A stretch of 64,000 bases of DNA from Candidatus Poribacteria bacterium (GTDB taxonomy: Bacteria; Poribacteria; WGA-4E; WGA-3G): assembly GCA_963665235.2 (NCBI GenBank), contig CAXXLX010000001.1:3872001-3936000 (forward strand). Direction: 5' to 3'. Numbering within the stretch: position 1 is the first letter of the stretch; every line of letters starts with the position of its first letter. Shown here in pieces: positions 49,009-59,000 of the stretch. The notes under the pieces are model-generated. The model worked only from the letters and a program-made list of their open reading frames with translations, did no database searches and was not told where the DNA came from. The position numbers and the translations under genes were made by a program.

Positions 49009-49719
49009 TCAATCCGCCCTACAAACGCTAACCCGCTCACGCGCGATTTCTACATACTTACTGTCCAGATCACAACCGGCAAACCTACGCTGATTTTTAA
49101 CTGCGGCAACCGCGGTCGTACCTGAACCCAAAAATGGGTCTACGACTAAATCGTCCTGATTGCTATGCTTTAGCACTAACATATCGAACAGTGACAACGG
49201 TTTTTGTGTCGGATGGAGTCTATTCCCGTTGTGTCGCGGGATAGCAAACTCATAAACGCCGATGTCGTATTCGCTATTGAAGGTAGGTTTACCGCCTTTG
49301 ACTCCGACAACCGCCATCTCTCTGCTGTTAGATAGATAGGTCGACCTCATGTTCAACGGCACAGGATTGGTTTTCTGCCAGATAATCTGCCGTAGCATTT
49401 TAAACCCGGCTGTTTCCATCGCCTCCTTTAATCGTCCGATTTTCCATATATCGTACCATACGATGACAGTACCACCGCGGCGTATTGCGCGGTAAAAGAC
49501 TTTTGCCATATCGTCCAGATCTATCTCAGTCCCATCCCAGGGGCCGAAGTCCATACTCACAGCGAACCGCTTTTCGCCATTGACAACCGATGAGAAACCT
49601 GTTTTTCTGCTAATGTTATAGGGTGGGTCGGTCAAGATAAGGTCTGCCGAGCTGGGGGGTAAATCGGTCATAAAGTCGTGATAATCGGAATTTTCGATGC
49701 AAAATTCCTGGCATGTCAT
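49009..49719 (-). CDS. Site-specific DNA methyltransferase (N6A/N4C, beta class)
   Basis: DPPY, HPTQKP, DPFLGSGTT. Confidence 0.9.
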   Translation of the reverse strand: MTCQEFCIENSDYHDFMTDLPPSSADLILTDPPYNISRKTGFSSVVNGEKRFAVSMDFGPWDGTEIDLDDMAKVFYRAIRRGGTVIVWYDIWKIGRLKEAMETAGFKMLRQIIWQKTNPVPLNMRSTYLSNSREMAVVGVKGGKPTFNSEYDIGVYEFAIPRHNGNRLHPTQKPLSLFDMLVLKHSNQDDLVVDPFLGSGTTAVAAVKNQRRFAGCDLDSKYVEIARERVSVCRAD

Positions 49720-49728
49720 GTGGAACTC

Positions 49729-50559
49729 CTATCGTTCGGTTTTATTGACATTTGATTTGATGTGCTCTTTTGCGATCTGATAGTACTGCGGCAAGATTTC
49801 AATACCGGTAGAATTTCTTGATAACCGCTGAGCCACCTGACAGGTCGTTCCGGACCCCGCAAACGGATCCAACACCCAATCCTTTTCCTTCGTAAACAGC
49901 TTGATAAACCATTCGGGCAACGTCTTCGGAAAAACGGCACTATGTTTGCGATTGCCCGTTTCCGTTGCAAGATGCAAAACGTTCGTCGGATACGCCATTT
50001 TTCTGCCTACCCAATTGGAAACGTTTTTACCAAACCCGCTTCCTACTTTTGATGTATCCCGACCTTTATCTGTCTCGCTGAGGTTTTTCAACCGTTTTTC
50101 CGCCCACTCTCCCATCGGCACCATGACAGCCTCTTGATACATATTGAACTTCTTCGTTTTGTTGAACTGTAAGCACCGCTCCCATGCATCTCTGAATCGG
50201 TTTGGCCATTTGCCGGGATAGCAATTTTTTTTGTGCCAGACAAACTCCTCTGTCCACAACCAGCCCTGTTTTCTCATTTCAAGTATCAACTCAAGAACAT
50301 AGGTGTGCCGTTCGCCGTTAACAGCGTTCTCTTTAATGTTCAGGATGAAGGTGCCAGATGGCTTGAGTACCCTTAGAAATTGTTCTGCACGAGGCATAAA
50401 CCAACTAACGTATTCATCGTGTTTGATTCCGCTATATGTTTTGGCGCGGCGGTCTGCGTAAGGGGGAGATGTCATGATTAGGTCAGACGAATCGGTGTCA
50501 AAATTGGCGAGGACCTCTAAACAATCTCCGAGATACAAATCGGTTTTTACTATTTTCAT
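49729..50559 (-). CDS. Site-specific DNA methyltransferase (likely N4-cytosine, beta class)
   Basis: TSPPY, HSAVFP, DPFAGSGTT. Confidence 0.9.
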   Translation of the reverse strand: MKIVKTDLYLGDCLEVLANFDTDSSDLIMTSPPYADRRAKTYSGIKHDEYVSWFMPRAEQFLRVLKPSGTFILNIKENAVNGERHTYVLELILEMRKQGWLWTEEFVWHKKNCYPGKWPNRFRDAWERCLQFNKTKKFNMYQEAVMVPMGEWAEKRLKNLSETDKGRDTSKVGSGFGKNVSNWVGRKMAYPTNVLHLATETGNRKHSAVFPKTLPEWFIKLFTKEKDWVLDPFAGSGTTCQVAQRLSRNSTGIEILPQYYQIAKEHIKSNVNKTER

Positions 50560-50768
50560 AGGCAACCTGCCTTTGGATACTAGCTTTGGACGAAGTGATG
50601 GATAGCCTCCTTTAAATATTATAGCAGATGTGGCGTTGCCAATGCAAGCGAAAAAACAGGAGGCGAAGTGAATATTTTGTCAAAAGGTTGAACAGTTCTG
50701 AGATAAAAATATCTCGACAGCGTGAAAATTTTGGAAGGGTGTGTAAAGTTTTTGTACTATGATAGTTT

Positions 50769-50890
50769 TTAGTCCAAGAATCGCTCGATTTTCATTTTTC
50801 TTCTATCAACTCTATGAGCTTTATACCAATGAACCTCCGCTTCTCGGATGTTACCATTGGTCAACCGAATATAGGCAAACCCTTTAGGAA
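50769..50890 (-). pseudogene. Probable 3' remnant of a small conserved hypothetical gene
   Basis: KGFAYIRLTNGNIREAEVHWYKAHRVDRRKMKIERFLD looks like a real C-terminus; upstream part does not look coding. Confidence 0.4.
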
Positions 50891-50969
50891 GCTTAACGGA
50901 AAATAAAAGAGGCAGGCACCCAAAAATGGATACCTGCCTGTCCAGATTGATGTTAGTGGTTGGTGTCAA

Positions 50970-52715
50970 TTAGTCTTGGTGTTTTTGTACTTCACCGTAT
51001 ATATTCTCACACCTTCTCCAACGGCAGCGTGCCCAGGGCTCATTACACACCCCCCAAACAGCTTGATACCGATTTTTCTGTTTAATCCATTTTTGCTGAA
51101 CCACCTTTTTACGCGTGCAGATGCGTGTCTTGTGCAACTCCATTTGGTGGGTATTACAAGACCAGTACAGGTGCCCATGCATACAAGTGACGCGATGATC
51201 ATCCCGAGAAAGCAGCATCTCATTACAGGCACCACGTCGGCATTTCACACGCGTCGGATACTGGTGTGTATGGCTCTGACACGCATAGAAACTCGCCATC
51301 GAACAATTATCACCATAACTATTCGTCACCGAACACGTCGCTTGAAATGAATGATCACCTGACACAGATGTCGCATGAACACCACACACATGCATCGTTC
51401 CCATTCCATGACTACTCGTCTCAGGACATTGCGTATATACACAACCCCAATATACGCGATTGTTACAAGGGGGTGTGTTGCACGTATACGATACATGGTA
51501 ACCTGAAGTCCCCGCAGCATGAACACCACACGCCTCCATCGCAGGGTTCGGCGTTGGTGTCGGATTCGGTGATGGTGCAGGGGGCAGAACAAGCGACGGA
51601 TCCGTGCTTTGCGCAGGAAGTGTAAAAGTTGGTGCTGGCGGTATTGGATTTTTCGGGGGCCACGAATCATCGCGCCAATCGGCATGCACATGACCCGTTG
51701 AATAAAGGAAGGCTCTTCTGGCTGGAGGGTCGGCATTTAAGGCTGCCTGCCGCATCTTTTCCTGGTCATTGCCATCTTCACCATCAATATTCATTCCTCG
51801 GACATCTAAGGCGAGCCCGTATTGATGCAGACCATGCACTGCCGTTCCTCCCGAGTGGTAGACGTTATGATGCGGATTCCGATACCCACTTGTCACAACC
51901 AATTGGTAGCGTGTTAAATCGGGTAAATTTTGGCGCTCTCGTTTATTAATTGCCGTCACCCACGCGTCATGTTTACCTTGCAAGTCTTCGTTAATCATCT
52001 GAGCGTAATGACCGAAATCGTAGAAATCTTCAGGGTCAAAACTGCCGCGTCCCGGAATTTGACGCGCCAGGTCTAAGTATTCCTGACGTATCTGGTCGAT
52101 TTCGTCCTGGTTTAGCTCTAATGACTTTGTAACCGTCTTACCCTGCGTTGTCTGCGCTGTAAACCCGATCGTAATCGTCATGGGCGTACCACCGCGGTGC
52201 CTCGGTGTCCGATTATGACGCTCAGCATTTCCCGCGTCCGTACATATCGCTGGGGTTGTGTTAGGATTAGGGTATTGAGATGTATCGTCATGCCTTGGGA
52301 CATCCAGCTCTGCTACGACATTAAACGATGTGTAACCGCTAAGTTTCGATGGATGCGGACCTGACCAAGAGGTGCTAATAGAGTCCTCGTCAAGTTTTAT
52401 GCCCTGATTCGCCGAAAACGACCACGAAACCGTATCGGGATTAATCGGATCAGTGTTTTGCGGCTGGTTACTATTATAACCGACAGACGCTGAGACCGAA
52501 CACGATGTCTGGGTGCTGGTGATAAAGGTCCTATGTATAGGGACAGAGAGACTATACCCTTTGACACCCCGACCAACACGCCACTCTTTGAAAATTATTG
52601 ACGGTGGAGTCATGGAACCTGAACCGGACCCCGTGTTGAGTGCCGAAAAACTCAGAGTACTAAAAACAGACAGAAACAGAAAAATAGATAGAAACACAAT
52701 ATATTTGATTCGCAT
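50970..52715 (-). CDS. Secreted protein with peptidase M15-like domain and Cys/His-rich C-terminus
   Basis: Signal peptide; TSGYRNPHHN...GLHQYGLALDV...HVHAD (M15 zinc motif); Pro linker; CGVH repeats. Confidence 0.75.
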   Translation of the reverse strand: MRIKYIVFLSIFLFLSVFSTLSFSALNTGSGSGSMTPPSIIFKEWRVGRGVKGYSLSVPIHRTFITSTQTSCSVSASVGYNSNQPQNTDPINPDTVSWSFSANQGIKLDEDSISTSWSGPHPSKLSGYTSFNVVAELDVPRHDDTSQYPNPNTTPAICTDAGNAERHNRTPRHRGGTPMTITIGFTAQTTQGKTVTKSLELNQDEIDQIRQEYLDLARQIPGRGSFDPEDFYDFGHYAQMINEDLQGKHDAWVTAINKRERQNLPDLTRYQLVVTSGYRNPHHNVYHSGGTAVHGLHQYGLALDVRGMNIDGEDGNDQEKMRQAALNADPPARRAFLYSTGHVHADWRDDSWPPKNPIPPAPTFTLPAQSTDPSLVLPPAPSPNPTPTPNPAMEACGVHAAGTSGYHVSYTCNTPPCNNRVYWGCVYTQCPETSSHGMGTMHVCGVHATSVSGDHSFQATCSVTNSYGDNCSMASFYACQSHTHQYPTRVKCRRGACNEMLLSRDDHRVTCMHGHLYWSCNTHQMELHKTRICTRKKVVQQKWIKQKNRYQAVWGVCNEPWARCRWRRCENIYGEVQKHQD

Positions 52716-52734
52716 TTGAAAATCTCCTTTTTTG

Positions 52735-53568
52735 CTATTGAAGTTGAGCAAGGGCTGCTTGTGCATCTATTACCGACCCTGAACTAAAACGTTCGAAATG
52801 TTCATCTGCAGCAATTGTTGTGATGTTCGGGATAATGATGTGTTCGACGATACCGCCGAGGTCGTCGCGATATTTTACAGCAATGCGAGCTAAAATCTTT
52901 GCAGCCGTTCCTGCCCACAAGTTATCTTCATGCAAGTATGGAAGAATGAATTGCACGGCTGGAGGACCGATTGCGACTAACCCATCGAACATTTCCCTGC
53001 CCGCAACGGATCCCTCACAAATGTTCGTGATTAAGACCTCCGCTGCTCGTGGATCTCCTTGCGCGATGAGTTCTTCTATTAGAGCATATACTCGATCACC
53101 GTCAGCGTGGTCAATTAAGACTGGCGGTGGCATCAGTTGTGCGATCAGTTCTGTCGCACGTGGCGAATGCACACCACCCCAGGCATAAGGATTGTTTTTG
53201 ATATACTCAAGCCGTTTGTATGCGACTTTTACTGGATCCGCTTTGGGATCAACCTTCGGAAAATCGGGTTTGGTGACGGTCCCCTCGGGTGCGGTCCATT
53301 GCACCTTTGGTTCTGTAGGTTCAGGCGTTTCCTCTTGCCACACATCCGGTGCATCAATCGGCACTTCATGCCAATGATCACCATGCCGCACCATCTTGAA
53401 GCCCGGTCCTGCGACTGGCGGTTTATCGCTTTGTTCAAGTTGTTTCTCGTCTTGTGCAATTTCTTCTTTGGGCTGCGGCACTTCTGACCACTGCCAATAT
53501 ATAAAACCACCTACAGCAATCACGATTATAATGAGAACTGCTATGCCGAAATAAAGTTTTTTGTTCAT
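52735..53568 (-). CDS. Membrane-anchored hypothetical protein with HGDHWH motif and HEAT-like C-terminus
   Basis: N-terminal TM, HGDHWHEVP, GDPRAAEVL...IGPPAV; GAGG RBS. Confidence 0.7.
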   Translation of the reverse strand: MNKKLYFGIAVLIIIVIAVGGFIYWQWSEVPQPKEEIAQDEKQLEQSDKPPVAGPGFKMVRHGDHWHEVPIDAPDVWQEETPEPTEPKVQWTAPEGTVTKPDFPKVDPKADPVKVAYKRLEYIKNNPYAWGGVHSPRATELIAQLMPPPVLIDHADGDRVYALIEELIAQGDPRAAEVLITNICEGSVAGREMFDGLVAIGPPAVQFILPYLHEDNLWAGTAAKILARIAVKYRDDLGGIVEHIIIPNITTIAADEHFERFSSGSVIDAQAALAQLQ

Positions 53569-53619
53569 GAAACTATCCTCCTATATAGGATTATCCCTTG
53601 TTATTTCGCTGCATCCAGC

Positions 53620-53833
53620 GGGCAGGGGTAGCTTGGATTCGGACACGGTTTTTGTTGTCTCTTTAATACTTCTGGCGCGAGGGCAGACATCGCGGGTAAA
53701 ACCCATCGTTAGCATCTCGGATAACGGCTCCGAAAAACTCAACAGCGAACGATTTTAGCGTCCCTAAAATCGATGACTTGCTAAGAAAAAAATTGCCGGC
53801 AAGCTCACATGGAGGAACCGTCTAACCCTGCCT
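53620..53833 (-). ncRNA. Candidate structured 5' leader RNA
   Basis: Closing stem GGCAGGGGTAG / CTAACCCTGCC enclosing several hairpins (e.g. CGATTTTAG/CTAAAATCG, TCGGA/TCCGA, CGCGA/TCGCG). Confidence 0.35.
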
Positions 53834-53885
53834 CTTTTCTAACGGTATAAGCAGGATTAGCAAAGTTTTTGAAATTACACCTTAA

Positions 53886-53914
53886 AGTATACTGCATTCC
53901 AAAAACTTTGTCAA
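53886..53914 (-). promoter_or_regulatory. Near-consensus sigma70 promoter
   Basis: TTGACA-17 bp-TATACT on the minus strand, ~315 nt upstream of the 53568 start. Confidence 0.6.
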
Positions 53915-54009
53915 AATTAAAAATTTTAAAATCACAACTTGCATTTATCTAACCGCTGTGTTATTATACTACATGGTATGTAGTCCGAATTTGTAGGTAA
54001 AGGAAAAAG

Positions 54010-54771
54010 ATGTTTATTGATTCACACACGCACATTCAACTCTCACAATTTAAACACGACCGGACCGCTGTGTTGCATCGTGCTAAGGAAGCGGGTGTCT
54101 CTAAAATGTTAGTCATCGGGTTTGACTTGGCAAGCAGTTTGGGTGCAATTGAATTGGCGGAAAATTATGATAACGTTTATGCTACCGTTGGCATGCATCC
54201 GCACGACGCGACAGACTTAACCCCCGATGTGCTAAAAACCTTTCGTGACCTATTAGAACATCCGAAGGTGATTGCCCTCGGTGAAATTGGGTTGGATTAC
54301 TATAGGAATCTCTCACCGCGTGATGTACAAAAAGCGGCATTTGAAAAACAATTGGACGTTGCCGATGAATTTGATATGCCTATCGTTATTCATAACCGCG
54401 ATGCGTATATGGACATCCTTCCTATTTTGGAATCCCGTGACAGAAATGCATCCGGGGTCTTACACTGCTTTACAGGCGATGTTGAATTGATGCAGCGGAG
54501 TGTTGAACTCGGTTTTCATATCGGCATCGGGGGTATTGTTACCTATCCGAAGGCTAAGGAGATGCAAGCTGTGGCGAGAGAAGTGCCAGCGGAGCGATTA
54601 TTGATAGAAACGGACTGCCCGTGGTTGGCACCGCAATTTCGGCGTGGTAAACGAAATGAGCCCGCGTATCTCCGCGCTGTGGCAGAAAAGATTGCCGAGC
54701 TCCGGGCGACTTCTGTAGAATCCATTGGCGAAATAACAACGAGGAATTTTGAGAATCTCTTCTTCGCATGA
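54010..54771 (+). CDS. tatD: TatD family hydrolase/DNase
   Basis: DSHTH, GMHPH, GEIGLDY, IHNRDA, LHCF, ETDCPWLAP, RNEP. Confidence 0.93.
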   Translation: MFIDSHTHIQLSQFKHDRTAVLHRAKEAGVSKMLVIGFDLASSLGAIELAENYDNVYATVGMHPHDATDLTPDVLKTFRDLLEHPKVIALGEIGLDYYRNLSPRDVQKAAFEKQLDVADEFDMPIVIHNRDAYMDILPILESRDRNASGVLHCFTGDVELMQRSVELGFHIGIGGIVTYPKAKEMQAVAREVPAERLLIETDCPWLAPQFRRGKRNEPAYLRAVAEKIAELRATSVESIGEITTRNFENLFFA

Positions 54772-55877
54772 AACACCTAAACCTCCGCATGTATGCAATG
54801 GTGTTTGCCCTGCTCGGTGTCTGGGTAATTTTCAGCCTACTGACTGGTGGCACCTTCCTCAGCACTCGGAACCTTTCCAACCTCTCTCGTCAAGCGGTGG
54901 AGACAGCTATTCTCGCCGTTGGCATGACGCTTGTCATCGTTTCCGCGAACATTGACCTATCCGTAGGCTACGGTGCTGGGTTGCTCGGCGCGATCACAGC
55001 GATTCTGCACGTTTGGTGGGGGCAACCGATTATTTTAACACTCCTTGCTGTTATCTGTGTCGGTGTCCTGATAGGCGCGCTGCACGGTTATCTGGTAGCG
55101 TATCAGCGAATTCCGGCGTTTATCGTCACACTGGGCGGCTTTTTGGCATACCGCGGGTTGATGTTAGCCTTTACTAAAGGCGAGACTATCCTGCTTCCCG
55201 ATAATTGGTTGAAAGCTCTCGGCGGGGCTTACCTGCCACACACACTCGGATGGGGTATTCTAATTGTTGCGCTTGGTGTAAGTGGATACCTGTTTTTCAA
55301 TCAATTTACAAAACCGCAGTCGGAACGTACCTACAAAACGTATCTCCCCACAATTTTCAAAATAATTGGGACGTGGGGGGGACTTATCGCGTTCGTCACA
55401 GTGATGAATTCTCACAAAGGGATTCCGATGCCGGTATGTGTTCTGTCTGGGTTGGTATTTCTATTTCATTTTGTAGCGAATCACACCCGTTTTGGGCGTT
55501 ATGTCTATGCTGTCGGTGGTAACGCGGAGGCGGCGTATCTCTCCGGGGTCAATGTCCGCAGCGTTACACTACGGGTTTTTGCGACGATGGGGGCACTCAT
55601 GGCAATTGCTGGCGTTGTCTTGACCGCACGTGTCGGGAGTGCTAGTCCGGAAGCAGGACGTTTGCTGGAATTAGATGCGATTGCTGCATGTGTTATCGGC
55701 GGTGCCAGTTTAATGGGTGGACGCGGTAGCATTTTCGGGGCCGTTTTGGGTGCGTTCGTTATGGAAAGTCTGGATAACGGGATGAGCCTAGCAAATATGG
55801 ACGCTGCATGGCAGGATATTATCAAAGGGATTGTCCTTGTCGCCGCTGTCGGGTTTGACATGGCATCACGGAAATAA
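54768..55877 (+). CDS. Sugar ABC transporter permease (XylH/GguB-like)
   Basis: IDLSVG, IPAFIVTLGG, FGRYVYAVGGN, ELDAIAACVIGG. Confidence 0.9.
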   Translation: MKHLNLRMYAMVFALLGVWVIFSLLTGGTFLSTRNLSNLSRQAVETAILAVGMTLVIVSANIDLSVGYGAGLLGAITAILHVWWGQPIILTLLAVICVGVLIGALHGYLVAYQRIPAFIVTLGGFLAYRGLMLAFTKGETILLPDNWLKALGGAYLPHTLGWGILIVALGVSGYLFFNQFTKPQSERTYKTYLPTIFKIIGTWGGLIAFVTVMNSHKGIPMPVCVLSGLVFLFHFVANHTRFGRYVYAVGGNAEAAYLSGVNVRSVTLRVFATMGALMAIAGVVLTARVGSASPEAGRLLELDAIAACVIGGASLMGGRGSIFGAVLGAFVMESLDNGMSLANMDAAWQDIIKGIVLVAAVGFDMASRK

Positions 55878-56049
55878 AATCCCTCAGGTTGCGCCGCCCT
55901 CGATTGGAATTTTGTCCCCCCCCACAGTCGACTTCCTCAAAAAACAGAATTTTCCGACATGTCTCCATTTTTTTAAACCGTTTGCCGAAAATTTCCCCTC
56001 TTTTAACCAAACTCTAATTGGGAATTTACTTATGCATTACGATTTAGTT

Positions 56050-59000
56050 ATGCCCAATGACCTGACAGATGCGGAGCTCGTTCGACGGGTGCAAGCCCGA
56101 GATGAGGCAGCTTTTGCAGAATTGGTAGCCCGTTATAGTCCACGGATTTGGAGTACCGTTGTTGAGAATTCAAGGCAACACCGGGATGCTGAAGAAATTC
56201 TGATGGACATCTGGCAGGTAGTGTGGGAAAACATCAACGGACTGCGGAAAGTGGAAAGTTTTGGCGCGTGGCTGAGACGCATTACGTTTACTGCTTGCAA
56301 CAGATATTACAGCACCGGAACACACGGACGCGAAATTGTTCTAGACTACGAAGATTTGGCCTTTCAAATCGATAGAGATGCTGAACAACGTTTTCACGAT
56401 GAAAGACTTCGAGCTGAGGCAAGAGAGGCTGTGCATCACCTGCCACAGCGAGTGCGGCCCGTTGGAATATTATATTACCTTGAATTGTGGAGTGTCAAAG
56501 AGGTTGCAGCTGAACTTGGCCTAGCGATAGGCACGGTTAAGACGAGGCTGAGTGAAATCAGACGACTGCTCCGTAAAGAATTTGGGGTTGAAGAGGGGAA
56601 AATTATGTCACATAAACAGGAAAAACCTGCAAGTTTGCCAAGTAAATTAAAGGTAATCGGAGTCGGTGGTGCCGGTTGCAATGTGGTCAACGCTATGATT
56701 GAAGCCGGGGCATCGGGCATAGAATTTTGTGTGGTGGATACGGACAAGGCGGCACTTAGTGCCTGTGAGAGAGCAACGCAGGTGCAAATCGGTGTTCGCA
56801 CCACCCTTGGAAGTGGCACGGATGGCATTCTCGAACTTGGCAGACGCGCCGCTGAGGAAAACATGGAGGCACTCCGCGCAATTGTTGCTGATGCAAAGAT
56901 GGTCTTCGTTATAGCGGGTATGGGGGGCGGGACTGGCACTTACGTCGCCCCGCTGATAGCATCTCTATCGCGAGAACAGGGAACATTGACAGCCTGCTTT
57001 GTGACATGTCCGTTCGATGCTGAAGGCGAACGTTGTGCCGAACAAGCAGCACTCGGTTTACAGCAACTGCAAACTGCTTCTCGATATCGGGCAGATGCAG
57101 TCATTGTTGTGCGAAACCAACAGGTTATTGAAATGAGTGACCAGCAATTATCTATGCACGAGGCGTGTCAGAAAACCGATGAAATCCTGCTTTACGGCAT
57201 TCGAAGCATTTCGGATATCATCGTAGAGGCTGGGGAAATCAACGTTGGCTTTCCTGACATTCAGAAGATGTTGCGCGACCAGGGGAACGTGCTAATGGGG
57301 ATAGGAAAAGCAAAAGGTGAAAATCGGGCGAAAATCGCTGCCGAGAACGCCATCGCCTCACCCCTACTCGGAGACGCTAGCCTCGTCGGAGATAAGGTGA
57401 TGATTGTTAATATCACCGCATCCCCAGAGTTTGCAATACACGAATTAGAGCAGGCCATGAAAGTCATCAGGAAAACAGCAGCGGACGCACAACCTATTTT
57501 CGGATTGGTCTACAAGGATGAATTGCAACATAGCGGTGAAGTGGTGGTGACTATAATTGCCAATGGCTCCGATTTACCAAAGGAAATCGCTTCGCCAAGT
57601 ATGGATATGGTAGACGATGCATCGCCAGGGCAAGGTGCTATTATCTTACCATCAAACAGTTCAGACTTTGTGCATCTACACAATCACAGCGAATATAGTC
57701 TACTGGATGGCGCGTGCCGGATACCGGATATGGTCCAGTGGGCAGTTGAGCACAGCTCGCCTGCTGTTGCCATTACAGACCACGGCAACATGTTCGGTGC
57801 ACGGGAATTTTACAACGCCACGAAAGAAGCCGGTGTGAACCCAATTGTCGGATGTGAGGTGTATGTTGAAGCTGGGAATGGGCAATCTGAACCGTCCCAT
57901 CTCACCTTGCTGGCAGAGGACGCTATAGGTTACGCGAATCTCTTAAAATTGACATCGTTCGGATGGACGCAAGGTTTCCGTAGAAAACCGTGTATCACTC
58001 TGGAAATCTTACGGGAATATCACGACGGTATTATTGCCCTGACAGGGTGTATCTATGGGATAGTGCCGCAGCTAATCTGTTCGGATAGAAAAGATGAGGC
58101 ACTCCGAAACTTTTTGACGTTGAAAGACATCATGGGAGAGAATAACCTGTATGTTGAGATACAGAATCACTATCTCGATACGGAGTTGGCAGCGTATCCT
58201 GTGATGCTCGAATTGGCGAAAGAACACGACCTTCCTATCGTAGGAACGAACGATTGTCACTACCTCCGAAAATCTGACCACCGCATGCACGATGTGCTTT
58301 GCTGTATCCGGACAAGGAAAACTGTCAATGACGCTGAACGCCTAAGGTTTGACAATCATTTCTATTTCAAAAATGTTGACGAAATGCAAGCGGCACTTAA
58401 AACGTATCCTCCTGAGGCGATTAGCAATACCGTTGAAATTGCGAATCGATGTAACCTACAACTGGAGGACAACAAAAGTGTGATGCCGATATTTGAGGTG
58501 CCGGCGGGACATACACACGACACTTATCTGAAAACGTTGTCTTATGAGGGGTTACGTCAAAAATATGGAGGGCATCTCGCTGAACCGATTCGCACCCGAC
58601 TGGAATATGAACTGGATATCATCGAACAGATTGGGCACGCTAACTATTTCCTGCTTGTAGCAGATTATGCCACCTACGCGAACAGCCAGGGATATCCCTT
58701 CTCTGCGCGCGGTTCGGCGGCAGGCAGCCTTGTGCTTTACGCCCTCGGTATCATCAATTTTAATCCGATGAATTACGGATGTCTGTTTGAAAGGTTTCTA
58801 AACCTTGATAGGCTTACCACGCCAGATATTGACATAGATTTCCCCGGACATGCTCGTCAAGACATGGTGGATTACCTTGCGAAAAAGTACGGACAGGACT
58901 CTGTCGGTCGTATTGTTACCTTTACTACGTTGGGGGCGAGGTCAGCTATCAAAGATGTCGGACGGGCCCTTGAAATTCCGCTTGATTCCATCGAAAAGTT

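Noticed and set aside
55831-56031. Longer N-terminus predicted for the fusion ORF
   Set aside because: Overlaps the permease gene and is not sigma-like; sigma homology begins near 56050
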